Notes: generated by a model from the sequence alone, not told the origin. Numbered from the stretch's first letter, positions 26,394 through 38,911 are shown. The stretch is DNA of 64,000 nucleotides from Eledone cirrhosa (GCA_964016885.1 OZ024741.1:329840001-329904000), one strand, 5' to 3'. Numbers and translations are program-made.

Positions 26394-27470
26394 GTGAGTG
26401 TATAGTGAGAGAGAGAGTGGGAAAAAAGCCAGGACAGAAAGAGAGAAAGAAAAAGTAAACCAGAAGAAAGAGCAATGTAGATTTCTAGAGAGTGGGTTGC
26501 TTACCTTGCCATTTAATGTTGAGCAAGTCCCAGGATCACGGCCAGGTTTACTACTTTGTCATGTTCGTGCCAAAACCAAAGGATGCTTTTAAAAAGATGT
26601 GTTGCTGTGAAACTAGGGGGAGACAATGCTGTGTCCGGATATTTCATCCATTGGCTTCTAGAATTCATTAAAATTGCAAATTATGTCTTTTTACTTCATT
26701 TTTCCCCATTAAAAATCCTTAAAACAGTAACGATTTGCTGTTCTGGTTTTTGTTTTCGAGTGGAAAGCGGTTGATTGTATATATATATGTGTGTGTGTGT
26801 GTATATATGTATATATATATATATAGGTGTGTGTGTGTGTATAAGCAAACTAGTTAACTAAATAGATTAGAAAACGAAACGAAATTAAAATAATCAATGA
26901 ATAAGTAAATGAATTAAACGAACGAAAAAATCCTGTTAGGCGCATAAAGGGTGGCAGCAACGTTTGGTTAAATGGTGGTGGCAGCGGTAAAGGTAGCTAG
27001 CATCGACTGTAATAATGCTGGTGGTGGTGGTTGTGGTGATAGTGGTGTCGTCGTTGTGGTGGTAGTGGGCTTTGATGGCCATGGAAAACCGAGAGGCGGC
27101 GTCACCAATGCAGCAGGGTAGAATAAGGGTATCGGGTAGAGTGTAGTTGGAGTGTTGACTGGATAGATACAGGAGCGATGGAGGTGAGGGAGAGAGGGGG
27201 AACGGGTGTTATCCAGAGAAGAAGAGAGAAATAGGGAGAAAGAAGCAATAGAGTTGGTTGTCTTATCTGTCGCTGGATCCAGTCTATCGGTTATTCATAG
27301 CATGTGGCCGAGAATGTTGTTATACATAAACATATATATCTACGTACATACATTTATATATTTTCGTATACACATACACACACCTGCACACCTAACTGGC
27401 TATTGTATATAGCTAGTTAGCTAGCTAGCTAGGTCGTTGTATACATACATGTATGTATGTATATGTTTGC

Positions 27471-27501
<31 letters not shown>

Positions 27502-27565
27502 TATACAAACACATGTATGCATGCATATATATGATATACACAGACACACACACACAGACACACAC

Positions 27566-27640
<75 letters not shown>

Positions 27641-27911
27641 TGCATGGATGTATGAGAGAAGGGGGGAAATAGACAGAGAAAAAGAAAACGATAGATCCCA
27701 AGAGAGAAGAGACGTAAAGAAAGGGAATGTGTGTGATAATTCATATTTGTTGATTTTTGTAAACATTTCTTTTGGGAGAAAGGAGTGTACCCTTAGCCTT
27801 CTATGGCCCCTATACTCTACTGTTGCCATTTTTATTTGAGGGTCAACATAACCTTTTGACTGGTTGCAGTCAATAGTGTCGACATTAAATATAACTAACC
27901 CCAGTCACAAA

Positions 27912-28213
27912 CCATGGCTTAGTGATTAGAGTGTTTGGCTCACAATGGTGTAGTTGTGAGTTTGATTCCCAGACCAGGTGATACGCTGTGTCCTTAAGCA
28001 AGACACTATATTTCACGTTTTTCCAGTTCACTCAGCTGAAAAAAAAAATGAGTTGTGACATCACTGAAGCTGTATCAGTCTTTGCTTTTCCCTTGGACAA
28101 TATCGGTGGTGTGGAGAGGGAAGACTGGTATGCATGGGTGACTGCCCGGTCTTGTGCCTCTGAGGGGAGCTTTCTCAGTGCAAAACGTATGGTCATTAAG
28201 GACGAAGAGGGTT
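27912..28213 (+). mobile_element. tRNA-derived SINE
   Basis: A/B boxes and GTGTCCTTAAGCAAGACACT core; same family as 50046-50358 (minus). Confidence 0.75.
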
Positions 28214-28261
28214 GACTGAGCTGTAGTTAAGAGTCCACAATATATAATTATTTTCTTGCTA

Positions 28262-28930
28262 CTATCATCATCATCGTTTTACGTTTGTTTTCCATGCTGG
28301 CCTGGGTTAGTTGGATCATTGCGACCTGAGATTAAACAGAATAGGGAACTCCAACTTGCTCATATGTTCCATATTTTGTCATGGTCTCTATGGCTGGATG
28401 CCCTCCTTAATTCCAACCACTTTAAAAAGTGTTCTAGGTGCATTTTATTGTGGCACTGGCACTAACACTTTACAGAATGTACTGGGTGTCTTTTATCAAG
28501 ACACCATCACTAACACATCTTCATCGCCATTTTACGTCAGTTTTTCCATCCTTGCATGGGTTGGACAAGACTCTTTCAGTACATCTCTCCACTCGTCCCA
28601 TTCTTTCATCATCCTTCTGTGAGCAGTGATTTGTGATCAGCTTTCACCACCTCTGCCCAGGTCTTCCTTGGTCTTCCTCTACTGCAGCTTCCTTCCACTA
28701 GGATTTCTTGAGTCTTCTTCAACCAGCAATCATCAACCATATTCATCACATGTCTATACCAGTGCAGTCTTTTCTCTTGCACATTATCTAGGTCCTTTTA
28801 TACCCAGTTTTTCTCTCAGTTCATCCATGCTTTGTCGTTCTCGCACATTAACATTTCACATCCATTGAAGCATGCTCACATCATTCCTCTCCAACCTTTG
28901 CCTGCCCTCTGCATTCATTGCCCATATTTT
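28262..28930 (-). mobile_element. RTE 3'-end fragments (two tails)
   Basis: CATCATCG-TTTTACGT...CCATGC tails at ~28265 and ~28520, plus degenerate RT C-terminus. Confidence 0.6.
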
Positions 28931-29125
28931 ATTTATTTGTGGGCTGGTTCTAATTTACTTAGTAGATAATTAAATATAATATTCAAATATACTCTTACCT
29001 TTGTAGATGGAGTAATAATCAAATGACAATTTCACAACTAATAACAGAATGAATGATTCCTTCACTTCTTGGATTGATTGTCACATTGCCTTATTTATCC
29101 AGCAAATCAATTTTTTTTTTATTAA

Positions 29126-29691
29126 CCCTTTTGATACCAACTCCCCTAGTTCTATTATATAAACTGCTCCTTTTCTATAATATAATCTGTCCCAGTTCTA
29201 TGATATAAATTGCCTTTGTTCTATTATATAAACTGCCCCTGTTCTATTATATAAACTGTCACAGTTCTATGATACAAACTACCCCAGTTTTATGATATGA
29301 ATTTCCCCTTTTCTAAGATATAAACTTCCCCTGTTCTATGGTATAAACTACCCCTGTTTTGTGATATAAACTTCCCCCGTTCTAAGATATAAAACTGCCC
29401 CTGTTCTCTAATATAAAATGGCCCCATTCTATGATATAAAACTGGTCCTATTCTATGATATAAAACTTTGTCCTACAATGTAATAAAACTGCCTATTTTA
29501 AAATGTTTGTATGTATATTAAAGCCTTCTATCATAATTTTATGTAAAAAAAATTTGTTACCTAAAATTCCTAACACAAAGTTAATAATGAAAAAGTTAGT
29601 TTTACTGAATTCTTCAAATTTTTTAGATTATTTTCAAAGCAATTGAAACACATTGGTAATGTATTTCATTGGGGATAGTGTAGCAAAAGGG
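29126..29691. mobile_element. TTAA-flanked (piggyBac-like) MITE with internal ~23-24-bp minisatellite
   Basis: TTAA|CCCTTTTG...CAAAAGGG|TTAA; internal tandem TTCTATGATATAAACTGCCCCTG 29145-29500. Confidence 0.75.
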
Positions 29692-29895
29692 TTAAAGTTT
29701 AATCATGGCGAAATAGCCAGGGATATTTTATGTTCTTTTCGACTGCTTCCATGGAAATAGTAAGGATGATGAAGACAACAATCCATTGTCTAGGAAACAA
29801 TCCATTTTGTACATTGACTTGTCAGAGAAAACTGATATTCACTAATATTATCAACATTTGAAAGCCTTAAAGGAACTTATTATCTGGAAGCAGTA

Positions 29896-30099
29896 GGATG
29901 GTGGATTGGCAGTATCGGTAGAGCGTAGGACAATATGCATTATGCCATACAGTTATGGCCCTTTGTGTTTTTAGTTCAAATTTCACCAAGGTTAGCTTTG
30001 CCTTTCATCCTTACGGAGTTGATAAAATAAAGTACCATTGACACACTGGGGTTGATTTACTTCCCCCAAATTGTTGGGCTTGTACCTAAATCAGAAACC
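29896..30099 (+). mobile_element. tRNA-derived SINE with ~17-bp TSD
   Basis: TGGCAGTATCGGTAGAGC head, TTTGCCTTTCATCC..GATAAAATAAAGTACC body; TSD ATTAT(C/T)TGGAAGCAGTA. Confidence 0.8.
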
Positions 30100-30155
30100 A
30101 TTATTTGGAAGCAGTATCAGCAAGGCAAACAACTGAAACCTGAATCATTCTTTAA

Positions 30156-30363
30156 CTCTTTAGTATTTAAACCGGCCATATCTGGCCAGAATTCTCTCAC
30201 CTCTTTCTGTTCAAACCGGCCATAACTGACCACTCATACTTATATTAAGGTATTCTTCTCAAAATAGATAATATTCAAATCTCATAGATTCAATATTATG
30301 TGAAATAAAGTGTTTACCATGAAAATACAATTGTATATATAGAGTAATGTAAACGCTAAAGGG
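30156..30363. mobile_element. TTAA-flanked MITE
   Basis: TTAA|CTCTTTAGTATTTA...TAAACGCTAAAGGG|TTAA. Confidence 0.65.
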
Positions 30364-30540
30364 TTAAGTCAATTTGTTCTAACCTGGCTGCAGCTGTTAA
30401 GCCTGCTGATGATATTGAGGATCCACCTTCTGTTGATTCACTCCCTCCACACTCAAACTGGACTTGTGCGTGTGGGGGGGGGGGTCAAATCTAACCCCAT
30501 CTCCTCCAAATCCAGTTCATCTGTCATCTACCACAAGTAC

Positions 30541-30735
30541 ATAGGTTGGCTGAAAAGTTCATAGGCTGACTATGAAGGAGTGATGCTACAGTTGTGAAAT
30601 CTTGCATTCATTGATTTCAACTCTCATAAATAACTGCATTGTTTCTTTTCCAGGGATTATGTTGAAAAATAAACCTCATTTGGTCATTGCATGAGAGTAT
30701 CTTGGTCAGCCTATGAATTTTTCAGCCAACCCTCA
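30541..30735. mobile_element. mariner-type MITE
   Basis: TIR GGTTGGCTGAAAAGTTCATAGGCTGAC / GTCAGCCTATGAATTTTTCAGCCAACC; further copies 31436-31618 and 31859-32303. Confidence 0.8.
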
Positions 30736-30793
30736 TACATAAAATTAACAATTCATGGTATTAGCTTTTTAATTCGTACATACAATATTTTAA

Positions 30794-31700
30794 CTCTTTG
30801 ACACAATTCCACCCCAATTAATCAAAAGTCATAGATTTTATATATGCCTCAGCCAAATTATATGTACCATATTTGCTGGTCTATTGGACGCCTCTTCATA
30901 TAAGATGCCCCCTGGATTTATTAAGAAATTTTGAGAAAAAAAGAATTTTAGTAAATTTCTTCATAAATTTATTTTAAATTATTTCATTGTTTTTTCAGAA
31001 ACTCTTATTTAAGTTTGATATCATTTTGCTTATATAAATTGTATTGTATTACTCTATTAGTAATACTAATAGTAATACAAACAAAATTGTTTCACCATGA
31101 TTGTCCTCACTCTTCATTTGGCTTTCCATCGGTGATATGGGTGTATTGGATGCAGGGAAGATTCTTTATGTTTTTTGAGAAAAAATGTGCATCTTATAGA
31201 CTGGTAAATATGCTGATTTATGATTTATAAGAAGTATCATTATCTTCAGAATAACCATTTCATTTATAATCCCCTAACTCTTGCCATACCATATTACTCA
31301 TGATAGATACTGCTTATGATTATTTTAATATAATCAAGAATTTGAACGGACTTAGTTATATGACTAACTTTCCCATTATCAAGCTGATGTTTGGAACATA
31401 GCCAAAGTTTCTTACATTAACTTATAGGGTTTTCTTACGGGAGTCAGCTGACCAAGATACTCTCATGAAATGACCAAATGAGGTTTATTTTTCAACATAG
31501 TCCCTAGAAAGAAACAATGCAGTTATTAATAAGAAGTTGAAATTAATGCATGCAAGATTTCACAGCTCTAGCATCACTCCTTCATTGTTAGACTATGAAC
31601 CTTTCAGCTGACCCTCATAGATAAACATATACACTTTATAATAAACAGGTTTAGTAGCATAGAACCATGGACAGTTTCAGGTAGTTTGATATCAAAAGGG
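30794..31700. mobile_element. TTAA-flanked MITE (same family as 29126, reversed) with nested Tc1/pogo-like (~30866-31211) and mariner MITEs
   Basis: Ends GATATCAAAAGGG|TTAA, the reverse complement of the 29126 start; nested TIR pairs. Confidence 0.55.
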
Positions 31701-31858
31701 TTAATGTATTTCATTTAACATGTTTGATGTAAGAAAAATTCTGAAACAACCATCTGAACTGAACTCAATGACCTATTGATACCAAACGGCCTGAAACCAC
31801 CCTGGATTTATTACGCAAAACTGTTTGTTCTTATATTAAAACATTCCATCGTAATATT

Positions 31859-32303
31859 ATGAGGGTTCGCTGAAAAGTTCATTGGCTGACTATGAAGGAG
31901 TGATGCTTGAGCTGTGAAATCTCGCATCCATTCATTTCAACTCTCCCTATTAATGGTTTCTTATATAGGCACAAGGCCAGCAATTTTAGGGGAAGGGGAA
32001 AGTCGATTAAATCGACCCCAGTGCGTGACTGCTACTTTATTTTATCGACGCCGTAAGGATGAAAGGCAAAGTTAACCTCGGCGGGATTTTAACTCAGATC
32101 ATAAAGGGCCATAATTCTATGCTGCAAAGCATGGCGCCCGACCCTCTACCAATACTGCCAATCCACTGCCCTTCCACTCTCCTTATTAATATTATTAATA
32201 ACTGAATTGTTTCTTTCCAGGGACTATGTTGAGAAATAAACCTCATTTGATCATTCCATAAGAGTATCTTGGTCATCCTATGAACTTTTCAACCGACATT
32301 CAT
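31859..32303. mobile_element. mariner-type MITE interrupted by a SINE (31955-32171, minus) with 19-bp TSD
   Basis: TSD TTCAACTCTCCCTATTAAT (31936-31954) / TTCCACTCTCCTTATTAAT (32172-32190). Confidence 0.8.
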
Positions 32304-32889
32304 ACAAATGAAAAATTAAGTTATTTTATTGAATTAATACAATTTTTTTTTTATTATTTTCCAAATTAATTGACATACATAGGCAGTGTGTTTCATTAGA
32401 AAATAGACTCTCTGTTATCAACACCTTGACCAATGGGCAGCTTCCACAGGCAGTGTGTTTCATTAGGAGATACCTTTTGTTGCCAATACCTTCACCATTG
32501 AGCAGCTTCCAGTCTTGTTTACTTCAATGTGTCAGGAAGGGAGGAACTAAATTTAATCATGCAACTGTTTTGCTACACTTGTACATATCTACATATTTTT
32601 TGACAGATGTACATCACACACACGGACACAGACATACACACATACACACAGGTATTTTAAAATTTACAGATGTACATCACATACACACACATACAGAAGA
32701 ATGTTTAAATTTACATGGTTTGCTACACCTGTACATATCTACATATTTTTTGACAGATGTACATCACACACAGACAGACACACATGCACACACACACACA
32801 GGTATGTTTAAATTTACAAACAAGAAGCAATTTTATGTTTTTAATTTGAAGCCAAGACTTTCAAATATCTTTTATCTTCAAATTTAAAT

Positions 32890-33105
32890 CACCCAGTCCC
32901 CTCTATAAGATGGTTGTGCTGGTGACATAACAAAAAGCACCCAGTCCCTTCTGTAAGATGGTTGTGCTGGTTACAATAAAAAGCACCCAGTTCTCCCTGT
33001 ACGATGGTTGTGCTGGTGACATAACAAAAGGCACCCTGTCTACCCTGTAAAGTGGTCATGCTGGTGATTCAACAAAAAGCACTCAGTCCACCCTGTAAGA
33101 TGGTG
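32890..33105 (+). repeat. ~5 tandem copies of a ~46-50-bp unit derived from the RTE 3'UTR
   Basis: AAAAGCACCCAGTCCCTCTGTAAGATGGTTGTGCTGGTGAC units; compare 4667-4697. Confidence 0.75.
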
Positions 33106-33800
33106 GTATTTGTTACTTTCATGACCTGGTCTATCAATTTGATGCCTGTATAGTTTCCTCTAGCTAGTGCATCTCCTTTACCCATGCAACAGTTGACAAT
33201 TATGCTGTTGTGCCAATCATTTGGTATAACCCCACTTAGTATTACTTGGTTTACGATAAGTCTGGTTAAGGTGTGACCTACTGACCCAGAAGCTTTCAGC
33301 ATCTCGGCAACTATTCCCGATGTTCATATCCTTAATTGCCTTATTACACTTCTGTTGTCTTGTATGGCTGGGTCCTTTGTAAGGTCCACTTGGGGTCAGG
33401 TCTCTTTCTCCTCATTGAGTAATCTTTCATAATGGCTCTTCCATACAGCTTTTTTTCTAGCGCCTTTATCATCCCGAACACACTTCTCACTAATGACATA
33501 ATTTTCTCTAACACACTGACTTGCAATCCTGAACACCTCATGTTTCTGGTCCTCATGCTGCAAAACATGCTTGAATTTTTTATCCTCTGCTTCCCTCCTT
33601 GTTAAGTATATTATCATCAAGCTTCCCTCCTGGCCTCTATGTAGTGTACCCTGTTTCTCCTATTCTTCCATTTTTTCCATGCCTGTATTTTGACCTTAGT
33701 TGTCACATCTACCGTATTGTTCCATCACCAAGTCACTCTCCTTCTCTCTGTAGCCCTGCTCCATCCACAGATCTTGTCTGTCGCCTTCAGTAGATAATAA
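33105..33800 (-). mobile_element. RTE LINE internal fragment, decayed
   Basis: ORFs 33069..33302 and 33396..33620 homologous to RTE 2530..3177. Confidence 0.88.
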
Positions 33801-34371
33801 TTTTTTTTTAAAAACCCCCACAGGCAAGCATTTGCACACATAAAAACTTTTCAAAAAATGCATGTCAAGCTTGAATGCATACATGCTCTATACGGTTTCT
33901 AATAATGCCACTAATAAACCACACTGACCAAGAACCACATATTTTTCATATTAACATACATCTCTACCTTGTACAATTTCAGTCTTTTCTGTTGTCTGTC
34001 AGTTATCAAGCAAGAGTCTCTCTCTATATATTTCTCTCTCCTTAAAAAATCATTTCCTCTTTACCTCTTTTCATTCCATTTCAGATAAAGGACTAGCATC
34101 TGAAACAAAGGCTTTTATTTTGAAGCATTATTCTAGTATGACTGTTACTGCATTGTGTTCTCTGCTGTTTCTTGCCTTTAATTGATATTTTATGTATATT
34201 TATGTATATTCACATTCATACCTACACACACATATATCCATGCTAGCATGGATATATATACACACACATATATCCATGCTAGCATGGATATATATACACA
34301 CACATATATCCATGCTAGCATGGAAAATGGATATTAAATGATGATGATGACGATATATATATATGTATATA

Positions 34372-34648
34372 CAAGGGCCTTGTTTCAGGGGGATACCAGG
34401 GGACAAGTCCCCCTCCCCCCCACACACACACACTTTTTCAAACGTCTATATTTTATTTTTTGTTCATTTGATATAATAAATTCTTTTTAAGCCTATTTTT
34501 TTATATCTGAACTTCATTTGAATATATAAAATTTAATTAGCGTAAAATTTTACTTATGTGAGAGGCACCATAAACAATTTATGCTCCTTTAAGAATCAAC
34601 AAATGTTGGTTTGTCCCCCTCACATTTTTAAGGCAAACGAGGCCCCTG
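34372..34648. mobile_element. hAT-like MITE
   Basis: CAAGGGCCTTGTTT...AAACGAGGCCCCTG TIRs; TGTATATA on both sides (low-complexity context). Confidence 0.6.
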
Positions 34649-35224
34649 TGTATATATATATATAGCAACCCCAGTACTTTGTGTTGTGCTTATTTTACCT
34701 AGGTAAAATTCAAGCTCAGTACTACTACTACTATAACTTCCACTATACCTCTCTCTCTCTCACCAGCAACCTTCTACTTCCACATCTAATTTCCTTCATG
34801 ACATCTCAGTGGTGAGGGAAGGAGGTAGGTGGATCTCTCTACATATTCAGTACTGCCACACACTCTACCTTCTAATCATCATTGAATTTCTCAACATATT
34901 CTGTACTGCCACACTATATATCACTCTAACCATCACTGGATCTCTCTACAAATACAATAGTCACTCTCCACCAACTAACCATCATTGGATCTCTATACAT
35001 ATTCACTACTGCCACACTATCTATCACTCTAATCATCATTCCCCCTCTCTCTACATATTCTGTACTCTATCATCCTCTCTCTATATATATCCCATTGAGA
35101 CTCTTTCCTGCCATCTACCCACCATAATTTGTATATACAATACAATCACAGGGCTACTCTAACCACCATCACTAGTTTCTACAACTCTCATCATTACATT
35201 TCTCTTGCTATCATACATCACTAA

Positions 35225-35820
35225 CTCCCTCCCACTGTGGTAAATCTATATTGCGCGAGCTCTCTTCCACTGTGGCACATGTATATTCCTCCAGCTCTCT
35301 CCCACTGTGACACATCTGTATTACTCCAGCTCTCTTCTACCATGGCATATCTATATTACTCAAGCTCTCTCCCACTGTGGTATGTCTATATTGCTCCAGC
35401 TCTCTCCCACTGTGGCACATCAATATTCCTCCAGCTCTCTGCCACTGTGGCATATCTATATTGCTCCAGCTCTCTTCCACTGTGGCACATCTATATTACT
35501 CTAGTTCTCTTCCCATGTGGCACATCTGTATTACTCCAGCTCTCTTCCAGTATGGCACATCATTATTGCTCCAGCTCTCTCCCACTGTGGCACTTACTCC
35601 AACTCTCTCCCACTGTGGGACTTACTCCAGCTCTTTCCTACTGTGGCACATCTATATTACTCCAGCTCTCTCCCACTGTGGCACATCTGTCTTACTCCAA
35701 CTCTCTCCCACAGTGGCACATGTATATCACTTCAGCTCTCTCCCACCATGGTATATCTGTATTGCTTCAGCTCTCACCAACAACTACCATGGCACATCTG
35801 TATTACTCCAATTCTCACCA
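35225..35820. repeat. ~35-bp minisatellite (~17 copies)
   Basis: Unit CTCCAGCTCTCTCCCACTGTGGCACATCTRTATTA. Confidence 0.92.
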
Positions 35821-36519
35821 ACAACCACTATGTATGTAGCTACCACCATTCCATTCCCTACCATCCTATCACCCTCATATTCATACTCTTTCTTCATTTA
35901 ACCTCAGGCCACAACCATACCTTTTCAAATTATATTCTGGGGCATTTGAAAGAACGGAGATGACATAGAAAGGAGAGGACTCTTTTTACCTTGTAGAGGC
36001 AAAGTAAACTCTCTTGTATTGGTGTCACAACACAATAAAATGTACCCAGTACACTGTAAATTGGTTGGTGTTGAGAAGAGCATTCAGTCATAGCAATAAC
36101 AGGAAAAAGAAATTGATCTACTAACCCATCTAGGGGGTAGTATGTCCAGAAAAGAATTGTATTTGGACCATAACAACCGATCCAACCCATGCCAACATGC
36201 AAAATGGATGTAAAATGATGATGATGACAACGCTGCTGATGATGATGAAGAGGATGGTTATGATGATGAAGATGATGATGATGATAATGATGTTGATGTT
36301 GATGATGGTGGTGGTGGTGAGAATGAGGATGATGTTAACACGATAAGCAAATCAGATTTCTACACACATACAAACATTTAATAATCGTTTCTACTTTTGG
36401 CACAAGGCCAGCAAGTATCACAGTGTATTACTGGTACTTTATTTTATCGACCCCATTGATTATCAAATATCATTTCTGGAACATTTGACAGTCTGGTAGG
36501 GATAAACATATGTAGAAAT

Positions 36520-36690
36520 ATGATGATGATGATGGTGACAATGATGATGATGAAGAAGATTATGATGATTATGATGGTGATGGTGGTGGTGATGATGACA
36601 ATGATTATGATGATGGTGATGAAGATGATGATTATGATTATGATGATGATGGTGATGATAATGATATTTATGATTACAATGATGGCAACA
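36520..36690. repeat. (ATG)n trinucleotide microsatellite
   Basis: Direct sequence. Confidence 0.9.
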
Positions 36691-36772
36691 AAAAGAGGTT
36701 GTATTTCTATGATAAACTACTAAATTTTATTTCCAGAAATAATATTTAAACATTGCTTCCATGGTCTTCATG

Positions 36773-38911
36773 TTAATCAGCTGCAGTTTTTTGCACTTGT
36801 TTACCTCCACCGCCACTGGCGCCGCCACCGTCACTACCTAGCTGCTGTGATGTTGATGATCCAGGTGAATTATTACCCCAATCGCCACCAGAACCTGTTA
36901 AATGTGGGATTGAAAATGGCCTTGACCAGAAGTAATTGCTATCCCAGTTTTGTGGCATCTGGGACAGATATGAAGAGTTTATCCATGGAGATCCTATAGA
37001 CGGGGGTTGAAGACAGAGGCCTGAAGATGAAGAGTGTGGTTGGTTTGACTGGAAGTTCTCATGGCGCTCTTTGTGGGAACCTTTAGCTTTTGATGGTTTT
37101 GATTGTCCATTGGGCATCATTGTATGTTGGAGGGAATTTCTGCGCAGGTCAGTTGCAGATGATAGATTAAGACAGTTCTGTGTTACATTGGAATTATTAG
37201 TGTCTGGAAGCGGTGTCTCGTAATTGTGGTGAGTGCGTAAGTGATTTTTCAGGTTAGCCTTCTGTGCAAACGACTTTTCACAGTATTGACAATGAAATGA
37301 TTTTTGACCCGAATGTGTTCGTCTGTGGTTGTCCAAGTTAGCTCTTTGTGAGAATGACTTTGAACACAGCTCACATGAGAAGGGCTTTTCTCCTGTGTGT
37401 GTTCGACGGTGGCTATCTAAATTTGCTCTCTGTGGGAAGGATTTATCACACAAATCACATTTGAATGGACGTTCTCCTGTATGTGTGCGCCTGTGGCTGT
37501 CCAAGTTTGCTCTCTGACAGAAAGATTTAGGGCAGAATTCACAGCAATATGGCCTTTCGCCAGAATGAGTCCTCATGTGAATTTTTAGATTTCCCTGCTG
37601 AGCAAAGCTTTTCCTACAAACTATGCATACATATGGCTTTAAGCCTGTGTGTGTACGTTCATGATTTTTCAGGTCTGTTTGTTGAGAAAAACCTCGAGTA
37701 CAAAATTGACAAATAAATGGTTTTTCTCCTGTATGAGTTCTTATATGATTTTTAAGATTGATGTTTAGTGTGAAGCTTTTATTGCACTCTGGACATTGAA
37801 ACAGTTTCTCTCCGGTATGTATTCGACGATGACTATCAAGATTAGCTTTCTGACAAAAGGACTTACTGCACAAATCACAGCTGTATGGTTTCTCACCAGA
37901 GTGTGTTCGGAAATGCACTTTCAGATTGCCTTGCTGAGCAAATGATTTGCAGCACACAGTACAAATGTAAGGTTTTTGACCCGTGTGAGTTCTTTCATGA
38001 TTCTTTAAGTCTGTTTGTTGTGCAAATGCCTTTGGACAGTATGCACAAACATAGGGCCGTTCGCCACTGTGTATGCGATAATGTGTTTTCAAATTTATTT
38101 GCTGTGAAAAAGCTTTGTTGCATATATTGCACTCATACAATTTCTCTCCAGTATGAATACGTTCATGGTTCTTTAAGTTTGTCTGTTGTGTAAAGGACTT
38201 GGAACATGTGTTACAACTGTAAGGCTTCACACCAGTGTGGGTACGGATATGGCTGTCCAGATTAGCTCTCTGTGAAAAGCATTTGTCACAGAATTCACAA
38301 TGGAAAGGCCTCTCGCCTGTATGGGTGCGTCGGTGATTGTCAAAATTCGCCCGTTGGGCAAATGTTTTATCGCAGAATTCACAACTGTATGGCTTCTCAC
38401 CACTGTGTGTCATTTGATGAGTTTTTAGATGAGCCCGCTGTGAAAATGCTTTACTGCAGTGACCACAATAAAAATGCTTTTCATCGGCCGGTGCACGTTC
38501 ATGATTGTCAAGATTAGTTCTTCGTGCAAAGCCTTTACGGCATATTTCACACTTGTATGGTTTCTGTGAGGGTGTGTTTATGGAGCTTCCTACAGGTAGA
38601 ATATTATTACTGCTGTTAGCTATGCCATTGTTGTTGTTGTTGTCATCGTTGCTGCTGTTGTTATTGTTGTTGTTGTTGCTGCTGTTGTTATTGTTACTAT
38701 TAGTATTATTAATATGATGTCCAAGCTGGTTAATTTTGGCAGATTTTTGGCTGTATAAACCACTAGCAGCAACGTGTGGGTCTCTTGACAGGAATACCTT
38801 GTTGCATAAATCATAACTGAACTGGTTTCCTAAGGCATACATAGATTGGAGAGAATACATTAGCTTTGAATATTCCGAACTTGAACAGTTCTCAAGTGTG
38901 TACTTCATCAT
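36773..38911 (-). CDS. Tandem C2H2 (Kruppel-type) zinc-finger protein, 712 aa, 16 fingers (first lacks the terminal His), N-terminal poly-Asn, S/G-rich C-terminus
   Basis: Uninterrupted ORF with repeated C-x2-C-x12-H-x3-H and TGEKP/SGERP linkers; no KRAB/BTB/ZAD seen; upstream coding exons not excluded. Confidence 0.93.
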   Translation of the reverse strand: MMKYTLENCSSSEYSKLMYSLQSMYALGNQFSYDLCNKVFLSRDPHVAASGLYSQKSAKINQLGHHINNTNSNNNNSSNNNNNNNSSNDDNNNNNGIANSSNNILPVGSSINTPSQKPYKCEICRKGFARRTNLDNHERAPADEKHFYCGHCSKAFSQRAHLKTHQMTHSGEKPYSCEFCDKTFAQRANFDNHRRTHTGERPFHCEFCDKCFSQRANLDSHIRTHTGVKPYSCNTCSKSFTQQTNLKNHERIHTGEKLYECNICNKAFSQQINLKTHYRIHSGERPYVCAYCPKAFAQQTDLKNHERTHTGQKPYICTVCCKSFAQQGNLKVHFRTHSGEKPYSCDLCSKSFCQKANLDSHRRIHTGEKLFQCPECNKSFTLNINLKNHIRTHTGEKPFICQFCTRGFSQQTDLKNHERTHTGLKPYVCIVCRKSFAQQGNLKIHMRTHSGERPYCCEFCPKSFCQRANLDSHRRTHTGERPFKCDLCDKSFPQRANLDSHRRTHTGEKPFSCELCSKSFSQRANLDNHRRTHSGQKSFHCQYCEKSFAQKANLKNHLRTHHNYETPLPDTNNSNVTQNCLNLSSATDLRRNSLQHTMMPNGQSKPSKAKGSHKERHENFQSNQPHSSSSGLCLQPPSIGSPWINSSYLSQMPQNWDSNYFWSRPFSIPHLTGSGGDWGNNSPGSSTSQQLGSDGGGASGGGGKQVQKTAAD

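Noticed and set aside
35225-35820. CRISPR-like 35-bp repeats and overlapping ORFs of 148-200 aa
   Set aside because: No unique spacers, eukaryotic context; ORFs are open only because the unit lacks stops
36520-36723. Met-rich ORF
   Set aside because: (ATG)n microsatellite
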